NCBI GenBank assembly: GCA_020137815.1
Contig: CM035352.1
Location: 248,001 to 312,000, forward strand
Direction: 5' to 3'
From: Hormiphora californensis
Taxonomy: Eukaryota; Animalia; Ctenophora
Length of the DNA stretch: 64,000 nucleotides
Below are positions 35,701-47,700 of the stretch, in pieces; within the stretch, counting starts at the first letter, position 1; each line of letters begins with the position of its first letter. Under the pieces are notes generated by a model that saw nothing but the letters and a program-made list of their open reading frames with translations, ran no database searches and was not told where the DNA came from. The translations under genes were made by a program, and so were the position numbers.

Positions 35701-38700
35701 CTAAATCGAGGGCCGTTAAATCGGGGTCCGACTGTACACGGGATTACTGATTAGTTAATGATTAGGGTTCATATCTGGTAACTGGTCAGCGACACGTAAC
35801 ACGGTAGCCGATAGGTACCCATTACTCGCTCAAATTTTTACACGTGTATGTGCAATTGGCCCTTTTTAACAGAAATCCTCTTTAACCTAAGTTTGGAAAC
35901 AGTGACTTACGCTCATTCCGCTAAATATGTCTCCAAGAAGGTCTGCAACAGGTTGCTGCTGGGCAGGAGCTCCTCCAGCAATAGACGCTTGGCTAGGTGT
36001 TGGAGCAGGGTAATCAAGGGAGAGAAGATCACCGATTAGTAGATCACTTCCACCAACTTCCTCTTGTGTGGGCTCAACAGTTTCTTGGTACCCTCGCTCT
36101 TCTTCGTCTCTAGTAGAACAGAAATGAGAGGGGGCATAAAAATACAGTCTCAAGGTACCTCGATTTACCATGTGATCTGAGCACGGGACGTGACAGCTAA
36201 TGATATTGAGAATACTGACATGCCACTCTTACGAATGAGGAGACCCAATCAAGTACAAGTAAGTAAGTTTCTGTACCGGGCCGAAGGGTCTACTTATAAT
36301 AGGGGGTGTGATAAATAGGTGATTTTGGAAATTGGAATTTCGATTCACCCACTCTAGGGCATGTTCCATGGACACATTTAGAAGGCTGGATACTGGTGGG
36401 ATGATTAGATCTTTAAAAAAAGGTCGACCATTAGTTCTAATATACGTGAAAAAAATTAAATCATCCACCAAGACTTTCGTTCCCTCAGACAAGACTGGAA
36501 ATGTTTATCAACTACCAGTCGAGGTTTATAAAGGGTTGATTGACAAGAGCATCACCTCTGAATACAGAAAAGCTCCCATTGACGCTGTATCATCTATTAA
36601 CAACGAAGCAGTTTCAGTGGCAGGAAGCTTAGGTCTGATAGGAAAGATGGAAAAACTGGAGGAGTCAGATGCTTTTATTCTTCTCAAGGGATTACTTGAT
36701 CGATCGCTAAACTGGGCGAAAACGATGACAAGCATCACTGAAGAGGACATCGCCATCATCAAGAAGAGCCGGAAATCCCTGCTATTTTCACCAGCAGGGG
36801 AGCCGTGGCAACGGAAAAACAGCACCAGCCTATTCGACGTGACAATGGGGGCACCAGATGGTGCGGAAGTTTGTGAGACTGTGGGACTGTACCTTCTAAC
36901 AAAATAAGAAGAATTGTACCAGAATCTCACATGGGGCTTTACCGCGACCCAGTGCAAAGATCTTAAAAAATGCTGCGAATCTAGAAATTTTATCGAAAAT
37001 TTGCTCCCACTAAATTTTGAAGCTCACCTCAATAACATTAATTGTGTTTAACAACTATGTTTTTGTGGTCAGCATTAGAGAAAAAATGTTAAAATTATTT
37101 TGCACAAACGAGGAAAAAGTTAAAAAAAAAATTCATCGGGATTCGAACCCACACATATGTGCTCGCATCTGGTATCAAGGGCAATCGCCTTAACCACTCG
37201 ACCACTGAGGCTGATGGAAATGTCGAATTTTATCCGTAGTTATATGTGCGCGCGACATGGCAGCATGGTTGTCATAGTTACACTTCATCTGCTGCCTCTT
37301 CTGCTGCTGCTAGATTAGGCAGCATTAGCAAAATACGAATTTCGCGACTGAGATGAGGTAGAGATACCAAATTTCATACCCCGACCTATTTTTCGACGCT
37401 GAACACGATGCACTCATCTATTTCACTCCACGATGTCTAGTTTTTGCTGTAAAGCGAATTTTTGCTACTTTTAGGTGTTTTTTTACTAATTTTTTGCTGC
37501 TAACTAAATTCGCAAATTAGCACAATCTTTGCACTGGGTACCGCGATGATGGTTTGATGTTGTTGGAGAACATGTCGGCTTCGGGTGTAGAGAGAATTAG
37601 GAAAAATCTTTTCCGTGAATTCTCAAGCGAAGGATTAAAGATCACTGTCTCACCACCATCCCTCACAGTTGATTTCCTCGACGTAACATTTGGATCTGAC
37701 GGGACTTACAGACCATTCAGAAAGAATGATAAAAGAACCAAATACGTCCACAGATCATCTAACCACCCGCCCATTGTAAGAAAGAACCTCCCCAAAATGA
37801 TCAACCACCGAATTAACAGCATTTCTTCATCGAAGGAGGTGTTTGAAGCCGCTAAGCCATTCTACCAAGATGTGTTGAGGAGGAGTGGACACTCTGATGA
37901 GGACTTGGTATACCAAGAGAAACCTGCTGAACCCCCTCGAAAGAAGAAAAACAGGAGACGGAATTGCCTGTGGTATACACCCCCATTCTCTGTGACAGTG
38001 GAAACGGATATCGGACGAAGATTCTTGAATCTAGTCCAAAATCACTTCATTAAAAGGCACCGTCTTTATAAAATCATCAACAACAAAACGGTGAAAGTGT
38101 CTTACTCCTGCATGAACAACCTAGAGTGTATAATAAAAGGGCACAACAGAAAACTACTCCACAAGCATGCACGAGCGGAAGTCAAAGACACACGGACGTG
38201 TAACTGCCTGAATAGAGAATCCTGCCCATTGAAGGGTAAGTGTCTTCAACAGGGAGTAGTATATCTGGCAAAGCTGAAGTCTGATGCAGATGAATATCAC
38301 TACGTCGGTACTCGGTATGACAGCTGCAACCTTAAAAAACGATACTACGGCCACAATTCATCATTCCGGCATGAGGAACACGGCTGACGGCAAGGACACC
38401 AAGCTGTCCGAAAAGATCTGGGATCTGAAACGTGAAGGAAGATCGTGGGATATCGAGTGGGAGATCTTGAGGAGAGGAAGACCTTACACTGTGGGCCAGT
38501 CAACATGCGACCTCTGTTATACATCGGAAAAGCTAGAGATTGTGCGAAGATCGAGGGACCAGCGGCTGTTAAATTCTATAACAGAGATCCTCTCAAAATG
38601 CCGACACAAAAAGAGCATACTTACTCGGATAATTTTATTTTCCTATTTTATTACACTGATGAGATCGCAAGATCGAAACATTTGTTTGTAAACCAACGTG

Positions 38701-41700
38701 TTTCTATTTGTTATTCTATTGAAATCCGAGACTGGTATCCGTATTCCGTATGAAAGGAACAATAACATGCCGGTGCGGCTCCTAGCAATCAATCCAATCC
38801 CGCAAGGGAGACATTATAGAGCAGTCCCCTCTCTTGAACGCCCATTAGTCAACTTGGAGGACAAGATAGGACAAGCCTTTGGGGGAAGGAAACCTGGGTT
38901 CTGGAACCTGAGCTTCGGAAAAGGCTATCTTGGAAGTGATACACTATCTCCTGGATTGGGGAGAGAATAGAACTACAATAGAACTAGGATCCGGAACAAC
39001 AACAACCCGCTCGCATGCGGAGGAGCCTTGACGTGGGCCGTGGCGCAGCAGCTTACGGCTCCCAGTCTTGACTGGGAGTCGTCCGCTTCTCCTGGTTTAA
39101 ACTGGGAGCTCAACGAATCCTCTTCAATTAAAAGGACTGCTTCTGATCTGGGATTTTCTAAGCTCCAAAACTCTGTCACGGCCTCGGGCCGGACAACTTC
39201 AGTGGAGGATGCAACCGACACCATTAGACCAGGAGCGGTGGGGCTGGCGAGAGGTTCTCTCCCGCGGAGAGCTCCTCTCGGCCATATTTAACCTTAAAAT
39301 AACAACAACAATGGTTACAGAGAGAACTATAGTCCCTGGAAAATGACTAAGGCGGTTCGTTATGTGCGTTACCGGTAGTTTCAGGAGCATAGCAAGCAGG
39401 AAACGCGAGTTTCAAGCGATTCCATGCTTCCACTGTGTGCGGCTGGGTTGGTTTTAAATGTTGGTACAAATTAGGTGGACCAAATTTGCAAAAGTAGCAG
39501 GAAAAATTGTGCGGCGGGCACCTTTAACCGCCTTAGTCATTTTCCAAGGACTATAGGATCCGGAACAACAACAGCCCGTTGACACAAACTAATCGTTTCA
39601 GTCACAACCGCTTATAGTGGTGACCCGAGACTACACCGTGCAGTGCACCTGTCTCAAGTCACCACTAACAAAACCACTAACGTCTCTCAAAGGCAACACG
39701 GGATACAAAATATGTGGTTAGCAGTGTGAGACGACACGAGATTTCGAACATAATTCGGGTAAGCCTATTAGGAGTGTTAGACGATATGGGACACGATTCG
39801 GAAAGGCTGCACTGGTTCCTCCATATTCCCTATCTGTCTCGCCCTGTCTCTGTCTCTCTCCATCACTTCCTCTGTGGGAGAAAGAGGTCGCCTTTCTGAA
39901 CCCTGCCCGGTGACCATTCTGTTTTCTAGGAGCTCCATGAGGAAGTGGAACAAGCAGCACTAACGCAAATATTTCCTCAAGGTGTCCACAATGCAACGTG
40001 TTCACAATATGTCCTCAAGGTGTCCACGATTGATATGCAACCGTTACTCAATGTGTCCACAATGTGTCCTCAGACTGTCCACAATGTGTCCTCGATGTGT
40101 CCTCAATGTGTCCACAATGTGTCCGTAATGTGCAGTGTCCTCAAACGTTCCGTAGGCAGTATGTCTATTTCTGACCGCTTTTTTTTCTGAACAATGCAAC
40201 CAGTGAAAATGCCAGTGAAAAGGCCAATAAATGGTTATAAATACACAAACCTAATCATATCTAATTAACTTGATGGGATTTTCATAGGAAATGTATGTTC
40301 CCGGTAATTCGGGGTTCTGGTAAATCGAGGGCGGGTAAATTGAGATTTAACTGCACTGCACTTATTTTCATGGATGCGGTATTATAGTATGTAGCACATA
40401 TCATGTACTCTGTATAGCGTGTACTTACATATGTGGATCAGCAGAAGGTTCTGCTCTAGACATTTGGATCTTCCTAACGGGAACACGACCCTCAACAAAT
40501 GCTGAAGGAGGCTTGTGGTAAACACTTGCAAGAGAGGAAATATGGCATATCAGCTCATCCAAAAGTGTTGGCTCAATTAGGTCAGTTTCTTCAGAAATAA
40601 GAGGCTTTTCAGCCAAAACAACCTGTGGGTAAAATTCGATAAAAAGAGGTCTTCCTATGGGTCCACCTAAATATAAACAACAAGTGTAATTACTAATTAT
40701 TGCATTATGTTTCACAACAATGTGTTTTCCTGTCGACCAATACCAGAACCGATGGCGATGAAATCCATTTTGATTAGCAGATCGCCAGATCGGGCGCAAC
40801 GCTAGAATGGATTGTAGTTAGGGGCTAGACCAGCCTGAATGGGAAAATCAATGCAACGAGCTGATTTCTTCACCAATGTGTCCCCAATGGTGTCCTTTAT
40901 CACCAAAAAAAGTGTAACATCCGGCTCGGAGTGGAACATGCTCAAAATTTAGAAAAACCATATGGGCGTGGTCGAGCGTGGGAAATTTTTTTACCAACAA
41001 CCAAAATGGAAAAAACGAGGGCACTAGAATGTGCAGAATCATCGCATTAGTGGGGGTAGGTGCCGGAATTAAGTCTCTATCTCATCTGGTTAATTAGATA
41101 ATTGGATGATTAGGTTTGCACGTAATTTTCCTTTGGTTATATGGCTATAGCCACTTAGGAAAGGAGTAGAGACAAAACCGAGGGCACTAAAATGATCAGC
41201 GTCCTCGAATTAGTGGGGTAGGTGCTGGAATTAAGTCTCTATCTCATTCGGTTAATTAGATAATTGGATAATTAGGTTTGCACATAACCGTTTTTTGGCT
41301 ATATGGCTATAGCCACTTAGGAATGGTTTAGAGACTTTTCATTGGTGCCATTTTGTAGGTAATGGTCAAGTTATGGGGGGTCGACGTCGGACTTTTAAGC
41401 TCTATCTTCAACCGTTTAGCCGTTATTTGACTTTAAAGGTGCTCAAAATCGGGCTTTTAACCGTTTTTTGCTCATTAACCAAAGGAAAATTACGTGCAAA
41501 CCTAATCATCCAATTATCTAATTAACCAGATGAGATAGAGACTTAATTCCGGCACCTACCCCCACTAATGCGATGATTCTGCACATTCAAGTGCCCTCAT
41601 TTTTCCATTTTGGTTGTTGGTAAAAAAATTTCCCACGCTCGACCACGCCCATATGGTTTTTCTTAATTTTGAGCATGTTCCACTCCGAGCCGGATGTTAC

Positions 41701-44700
41701 ACTTTATTTTGGTGATAAAGGGCACCATTGGGGACACATTGGTGAAGAAATCAGCTTGTTGCATTGATTTTCCCATTCATGGCCGATATTTGGCTTCCCG
41801 CCCCTAACTATTGCCCGTGATTGTGCACCCCAGCGTCATTAGGTGTAAACAATGACCAGACGAACACGTATAATATTTAACCCCCGACATTGCGGATTTC
41901 TAAACTCTGAATGATCTTTTTAGCACATGTAAAAAACGCTAAAACGATCATTCAGGTGAATAGGTAGGAACTATACCTCTTTAGCTGCTGCAGGGTCAGT
42001 TGAAAGTAGCCTCCAATATATGTAACCCCGATCTCGCAAATCAGGATTATCTGAATCCTGAGTTGCTAGGGACAAGACCTTTTGAACGAGCTCTTGAGTC
42101 TCTTGTGGCTTCTTTAGGAATAGCTTTACAATAGCCGTGAGAAGTTGAAGCTGAACCTGGTATTGAAATAAAAATGGTGAATAAATTTCTCATTTTCTCT
42201 TTCTATTCATTTTTGCCATCACTAACCTGGGTGTTTTCATCATGGAATCCATCTAGGAAAGATTGCAGGATTTCATCAGCGTTGTCTATTCGCTCAGCAT
42301 ATTCTCCAACAATCCATATCATTGCTGCTCTTGCTTCCGGTTCATCAAGCGATTCAAGATACTCACAGAGAGTAGAGATGACAGTTTCATATTTGTTAGG
42401 GTACTTCCTAAATATATCCTGAAATGGAAAATGTCGCTTGTAGATTAACAATCTTACTATATAATGCGAAAAGGGGTGAAATGCATGGTGAGGGTTCCAA
42501 AAATTCCCGTCATCAGCTTAGATCACATCACCTCACATGCATGATCAGATCACCGCACTGAGGATCAGATCCCCACTCATGGTCACATCCACCACTGAGG
42601 ATCAGATCACCCCAGTAAACAAAACATTCTTCATAATGTTACCACCACACTGCCATTTATGAAAAACGCGCATAACACGTAACTAATCTATAATGGCTCT
42701 AAAAGATGTCATTTATCTATCTACAGAGTGCCTGGGCATGCCAACGGCTAACCCACAAGGGACTATCGCAAGCGATATCGCCGGTACTAGAAGGGAGCCC
42801 ACCCCGGCAACTCCACCAACAGTAACTACCATCTAACTACCCACAGAGAGAGAGGACAGGTTCACATTATAGGTGCATGGTGAGGCTGGCGGTGAACTCT
42901 CTTAACACGTCATACCTATGTATCTAAATTTTATAGGCCCGGTAGAGTAGTGAATGAGACTGCCGGAAGTGATATAAGGATGCTGGATATTCGCACAATG
43001 AGTGTGAGTATAATCCAACCCGACCGAACACATAGTATTCCATCTGGTATTTTCTTTGTATTTATTTTCGAGTTCCTACTGGCACCTGAATTTTGGAGCA
43101 ATTAATACCTTGATCACGACAATAGCTTCCTGGACAACATAGTTCACTTTAGTTTGGATGAGGTCCAACAGTGTAGTTACACATTTCTCAGCGCTCGGCT
43201 CAACCTTGATAGCACATCGACCAATAGCTCGTACAGCCTTCCTCACAAAGTCGACATCTACTTCTGTTGCATACTCTTTCAGTTCAGCCAAAACCTGTTA
43301 GAGCAGAAAATTAAATTTTTATGCTTTTAATTTTAACTAATTGCAGTGTCTAATTTTACATCTGAATATATATATATATATCATGTAGTACCTGTGCTAT
43401 GTTAGACTGGGCTGCAAGCCGGATCATGATGTCGAGCTTCTCCAGTTTCACATAAATAGGATCGTTGTATTTTACAAAGAAGGCCTTGATCTCATGTTTT
43501 AAAATATCAGGCCGCTTCTGCACAACCAGATTGATATTCCGGAGCGCAACGTACTGAAGAAAACATCTAAAGTTGGACCTCGATTTACCGGAACCCTGAT
43601 TAACCGCACAAAACCCTTCACCACCAGTCACCACCATCCCGGTAAATCGGGGTCCTACTGTACATTGAAAACAGTTCAGCGCTAAAGAATAAAATATTAT
43701 CGGTGGGCATTAAATATGATAAAATGTCTAGTATCTAGTTGATTAGCGTTATTTTGGGACCAATTTTGAAATTGAGGTGTTACCAAGGTTTTCCACGTGC
43801 ATCGTGCTCCAATAGGGTCCTAGATACACCAAACAAAATGTTCCACTCTAACCGATGTGGCGAAAGTAGTTTTTTGGGCCATAACATCGATTAACAAATG
43901 GCCGATTTAAGCTTCTATCTAGTTGATTGGCTTCAGCTTAAAATAATCAAACATGTTTTCTGAACGGTTTGCATGCCCCTACGATCGTTTACTACGGCCT
44001 TACACAGTGATTTGCTCCATGGTGTAAATGTTAATAAAAACTAGTCAAACTAAACCGAATTTAGGTCAAATGACCCTAATCCACATTTTCCAACCTTTAA
44101 AAATAAAGACCACTCATGAATTTACCTTAATTCGTAAAAAACCAAAAAAAAAATTTTGTTTTCTAAAAAAACACAAGGATTTGCAGCGCTTAGATCATGC
44201 ACGTGCATGAAAATGCACAAAAAGCATGTCTCTCTGAAGGTCCCTGGTTCCATTCCCGGTCAAACCCAGTATGTATGACTTATAGTAGAGTCGATAACTA
44301 CATCGACCCCTCCCAATTGTTCCAGTTTTTGTTACATCTGTTTGGAGCCTCGACTCGACCTCTAAACAGGTGTTACTTTTTCTCAAACTGTTTTCATCAT
44401 GGTGTAATCAGCATTTGAAATGTTGCTGATCATAACAAAAACCGAACTATTTTTTTTAAACTTGGGGTAAAACCATGGGTGTCAAAAGTTAGCTCTAGGT
44501 CTCCTGAGTAACCATCCGGAGACTCTACGAGATATTTCAAGCCGTTCTCCCGTAATCATTAATGCCGGTAGAGCACATATTTGAGTATGGACGTACGTGC
44601 AATTAGCTACAACCTCAACTTTAATGTATAACGTTAATGTGCGTCTCTCTCTTTTCTCCCCCTTGAGAAAGAGTTTTCTCGCGTGGCGCAACCGCACGTG

Positions 44701-47700
44701 CGGTTTTTCCAGAGAGAGTGAGAGACATATAATCTATATTATAAAGCAGAGATGGTTGCAAGACAAAATTTAGGGGAGGGGGTTTTTTGGGGCTTGCACG
44801 TGGAAAATTGACGTGTTGTTAGGGGTAGTTGGTGGGGTTTGGGGAGTGCACGTGCGTGTGTAAAGGTTTTATAAATTTGGGGGATAATAGCTGATTTGAA
44901 AGAGCTTGAGATTATCTTTCTAATGAGCCCAAGATTTTTAAAATTGGTTGAGAAATGACGGAGTTATGGCAAAAATGGTGAAAAATGAAGGAAAATGTGG
45001 GGTTCTGAACTGCTTCAGATCACAGATTGAGAGAGGGGTTAGAGAAGTGTTCCTTATGGCGTTATAGGGGAGTGAATAGAGGGTGAGATGGAGTGAATAG
45101 GGGACGATATGATTCAATAGGGGCGGGGGGGGGGGAGTAAGAGGGCCGAGGGGGATAAGAGGGGTGAGGACTGAGGGGAGTCAACAGGGGGAAGGGGGGT
45201 GGAGTATGATCTCGCGACCGGAGGTGCCGCGAAGCGGCGCCGTAGGGAGCAAAGTAGGCATGAGCCAGAGATCGGGATTGAGATGAGTCAATAGAGTGTG
45301 AGAGTTTTTTGTTCTTTTGCCTGGGCTCTCTAGTCTATATTATAAAGCAGAGATGGTTGCAAGACAAAATTGGGGGAGGAGGGGTTTTTAGAGTTTGCAC
45401 GTGGAAAATTGGCATGTTGTTAGGAGTGGTTGGTGGGGTCTGGGGAGTGCACGTGCGAATGTAAAACTATTCTAATCTTGGGGGATAATAGCTCTTTGGA
45501 AAGAGCTTGAGATTATCTTTCTAATGAGCCCAAGATTTTCGGAATTGGCTGAGAAATAACTGAGTAATGGGGGGAATGGTGAAAAAAGAGGGGAAATGTG
45601 GGGTTCTGAACTGATTCAGATCACAGATTGGAAGAGGGGTGAGGTGAGTATTCATTATGGCGTTATAGGAAAGTGAATAGAGGGTGAGATGACGTGAATA
45701 GGGGACGATATGATTCAATAGGGGCCGAGGGGAGTCAATAGGGATAATAGGGGTGAGGACTGAGGGGAGTCAACAGGGGGAAGGGGGGGTGGAGTATGAT
45801 CTCGCGACCGGAGGTGCCGCGAAGCGGCGCCGTAGGGAGCAAAGTAGGCATGAGCCAGGGATCGGGATTGAGAGGAGTCAATAGGGTGTGAGAGTTTTTT
45901 GTTCTTTTGCCTGGGCTCTCTAGTAACATATAAAAGCCTGCCAGCGCTCACGTACGTCCATATTGTATTTACTAGAAAGCCCATTGAGATCCCACAACAG
46001 CGCCCCCCCCCCCCCCCCGTCTCTATGCCTCCCCCCCCCCCCCCCTCACTCTTTGTCTTACCATGTCGGGGTAAAGAATACAGAGGTTAGTACTTGTAAA
46101 GCGCTGGTGATAAACATCAAGTGAAATCCCGCTGAATAACATGTAGTATCAGGTGATAAAGATCCGTAGAAGTGTAGATGGGAAGAGAATCAGTGGGGGA
46201 CGTAGGTAGAACGGCTTTGGCAATCATGGAGGTCCCAGTAGTAGATCCCAAAATACCACAGGAACAACACAGGAACACGAAACAAACAACCAATAACATG
46301 CACGTGCAGTATCCCCCCTCCAATACCCCTCCCAAGCCACCTCCCAGGGCAACCCCCTCTATTTGCACGTGTGGATAGGTCATACTCACGACGTTCATTT
46401 GCAAATTATAATAAGGATTGTCTCCACCCGGATTAATGATTACTGGAGAACGGCTTGAAATATCTCTTAGAGTCTTCGGATGGTTATCCAGGAGACCTAG
46501 AGCTAACTTTTGACACCCATGGTTTTACCCCAAGTTTTAAAAAATAGTTCGGTTTTTGTTATGATCAGCAAAATTTCAAATGCTGATTACACCATGATGA
46601 AAACAGTTTGTGAAAAAGTAACAACTGTTTAGAGGTCGTGTCGAGGCTCTAAACAGATGTAACAAAAACTGGAACAATTGGGAGAGGTCGATGTAGTTAT
46701 CGACTCTACTATTAGGAGAGCGGAGATTGTCACCATTTATTTTGCGCTTTCCAGAGCAGTGATTAACAAGATTTACCTGTATTTCAGGCTCAGAAGAAAG
46801 AAGAGTGACGAGGGGAGGTGCGAGTTTCTTTTGCAACATCTGTACAAACTCGGTGTTTTTAATGAGATCCATCATTTTCATGAGTACCTTCACCGCGCTA
46901 AGGACAACTGCAGCGTTGGCATGAGCTAGGCGGGGCGTTATCCTCTCACAAATGCTGAGATAATGGCGGTTAAACGGGGCTGGGGCGATATCGGACTGGG
47001 GAAATATTTGCAACAAGCTAATTTCTTCGCCAATTTGTCCCTGATAGTTCCCAGAATGGTGGAAAGCTTTGCCTGCGGTGGAACATAGCTATTTTTGGGT
47101 GAGCGTGTATTTGCTATCTTTGGTAACGAAGTTATCTCGCCCTTGCCGGTGCACCCTACGAAGGTCGCGAAGCGGCGAAGATCTTCGATACCAATTTCAA
47201 TCTGCGGTGGAACATAGCCATTTCTGGGTGAGCGTGTATTTTCTTGCCTAGCTAGACTCTGTTTCGTGTGCCCCGCCCGCAAACACACCTTCTTTACAAA
47301 TGTAAAGGTTCCGGGTTAGAACATAACAAGTATTTTCAATATAATGTGGCAAATATCGTAACTGCTGAGGGGAAATCTCTATAAATATAATGGGACTCAT
47401 TGGTGAAGGAATTAGCTTGTTACTTTACTGAAAAAGGAGAAAGTACTACGCTATGAGAAAAACAACAGGAAGGGATTGTGACACGGCTGGCCACACAGGG
47501 CTCCCTCACTGTTCCTGCACCTGATGCATTCCTTTTCGTCTCTTGGTCCATAGTTGTTGAGCGAGTCTAGTATGAAGATCTGTCCCCACTCCGTGCACTC
47601 GTTAAGGGCAGTCAGCAGTTTGTTAACCGTAGGAGTATCAATGTTAACCTGTTGTGCAAAGATTTATGAATACACATACGGTGTGATTTTAAATGAGTGA

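Larger units (their letters stand above)
36440..38760 (+). mobile_element. Penelope-like retroelement (RT + C-terminal GIY-YIG), internally deleted and interrupted
   Basis: [35 protein letters not shown] (split by an insertion), VDFLDVT, SNHPP, WYTPPFS, CNCx5C linker, GVVY..YVG, CDLC..EK; stops and frameshifts present. Confidence 0.92.
44283..46711. mobile_element. Academ-like element with nested Helitron-like units
   Basis: TAGTAGAGTCGATAAC ends, 3-bp TSD tta, ~280-bp arms. Confidence 0.8.

Noticed and set aside
23034-37211. Functional tRNA genes
   Set aside because: All three have broken stems or non-canonical anticodon loops and lie inside TIR elements.
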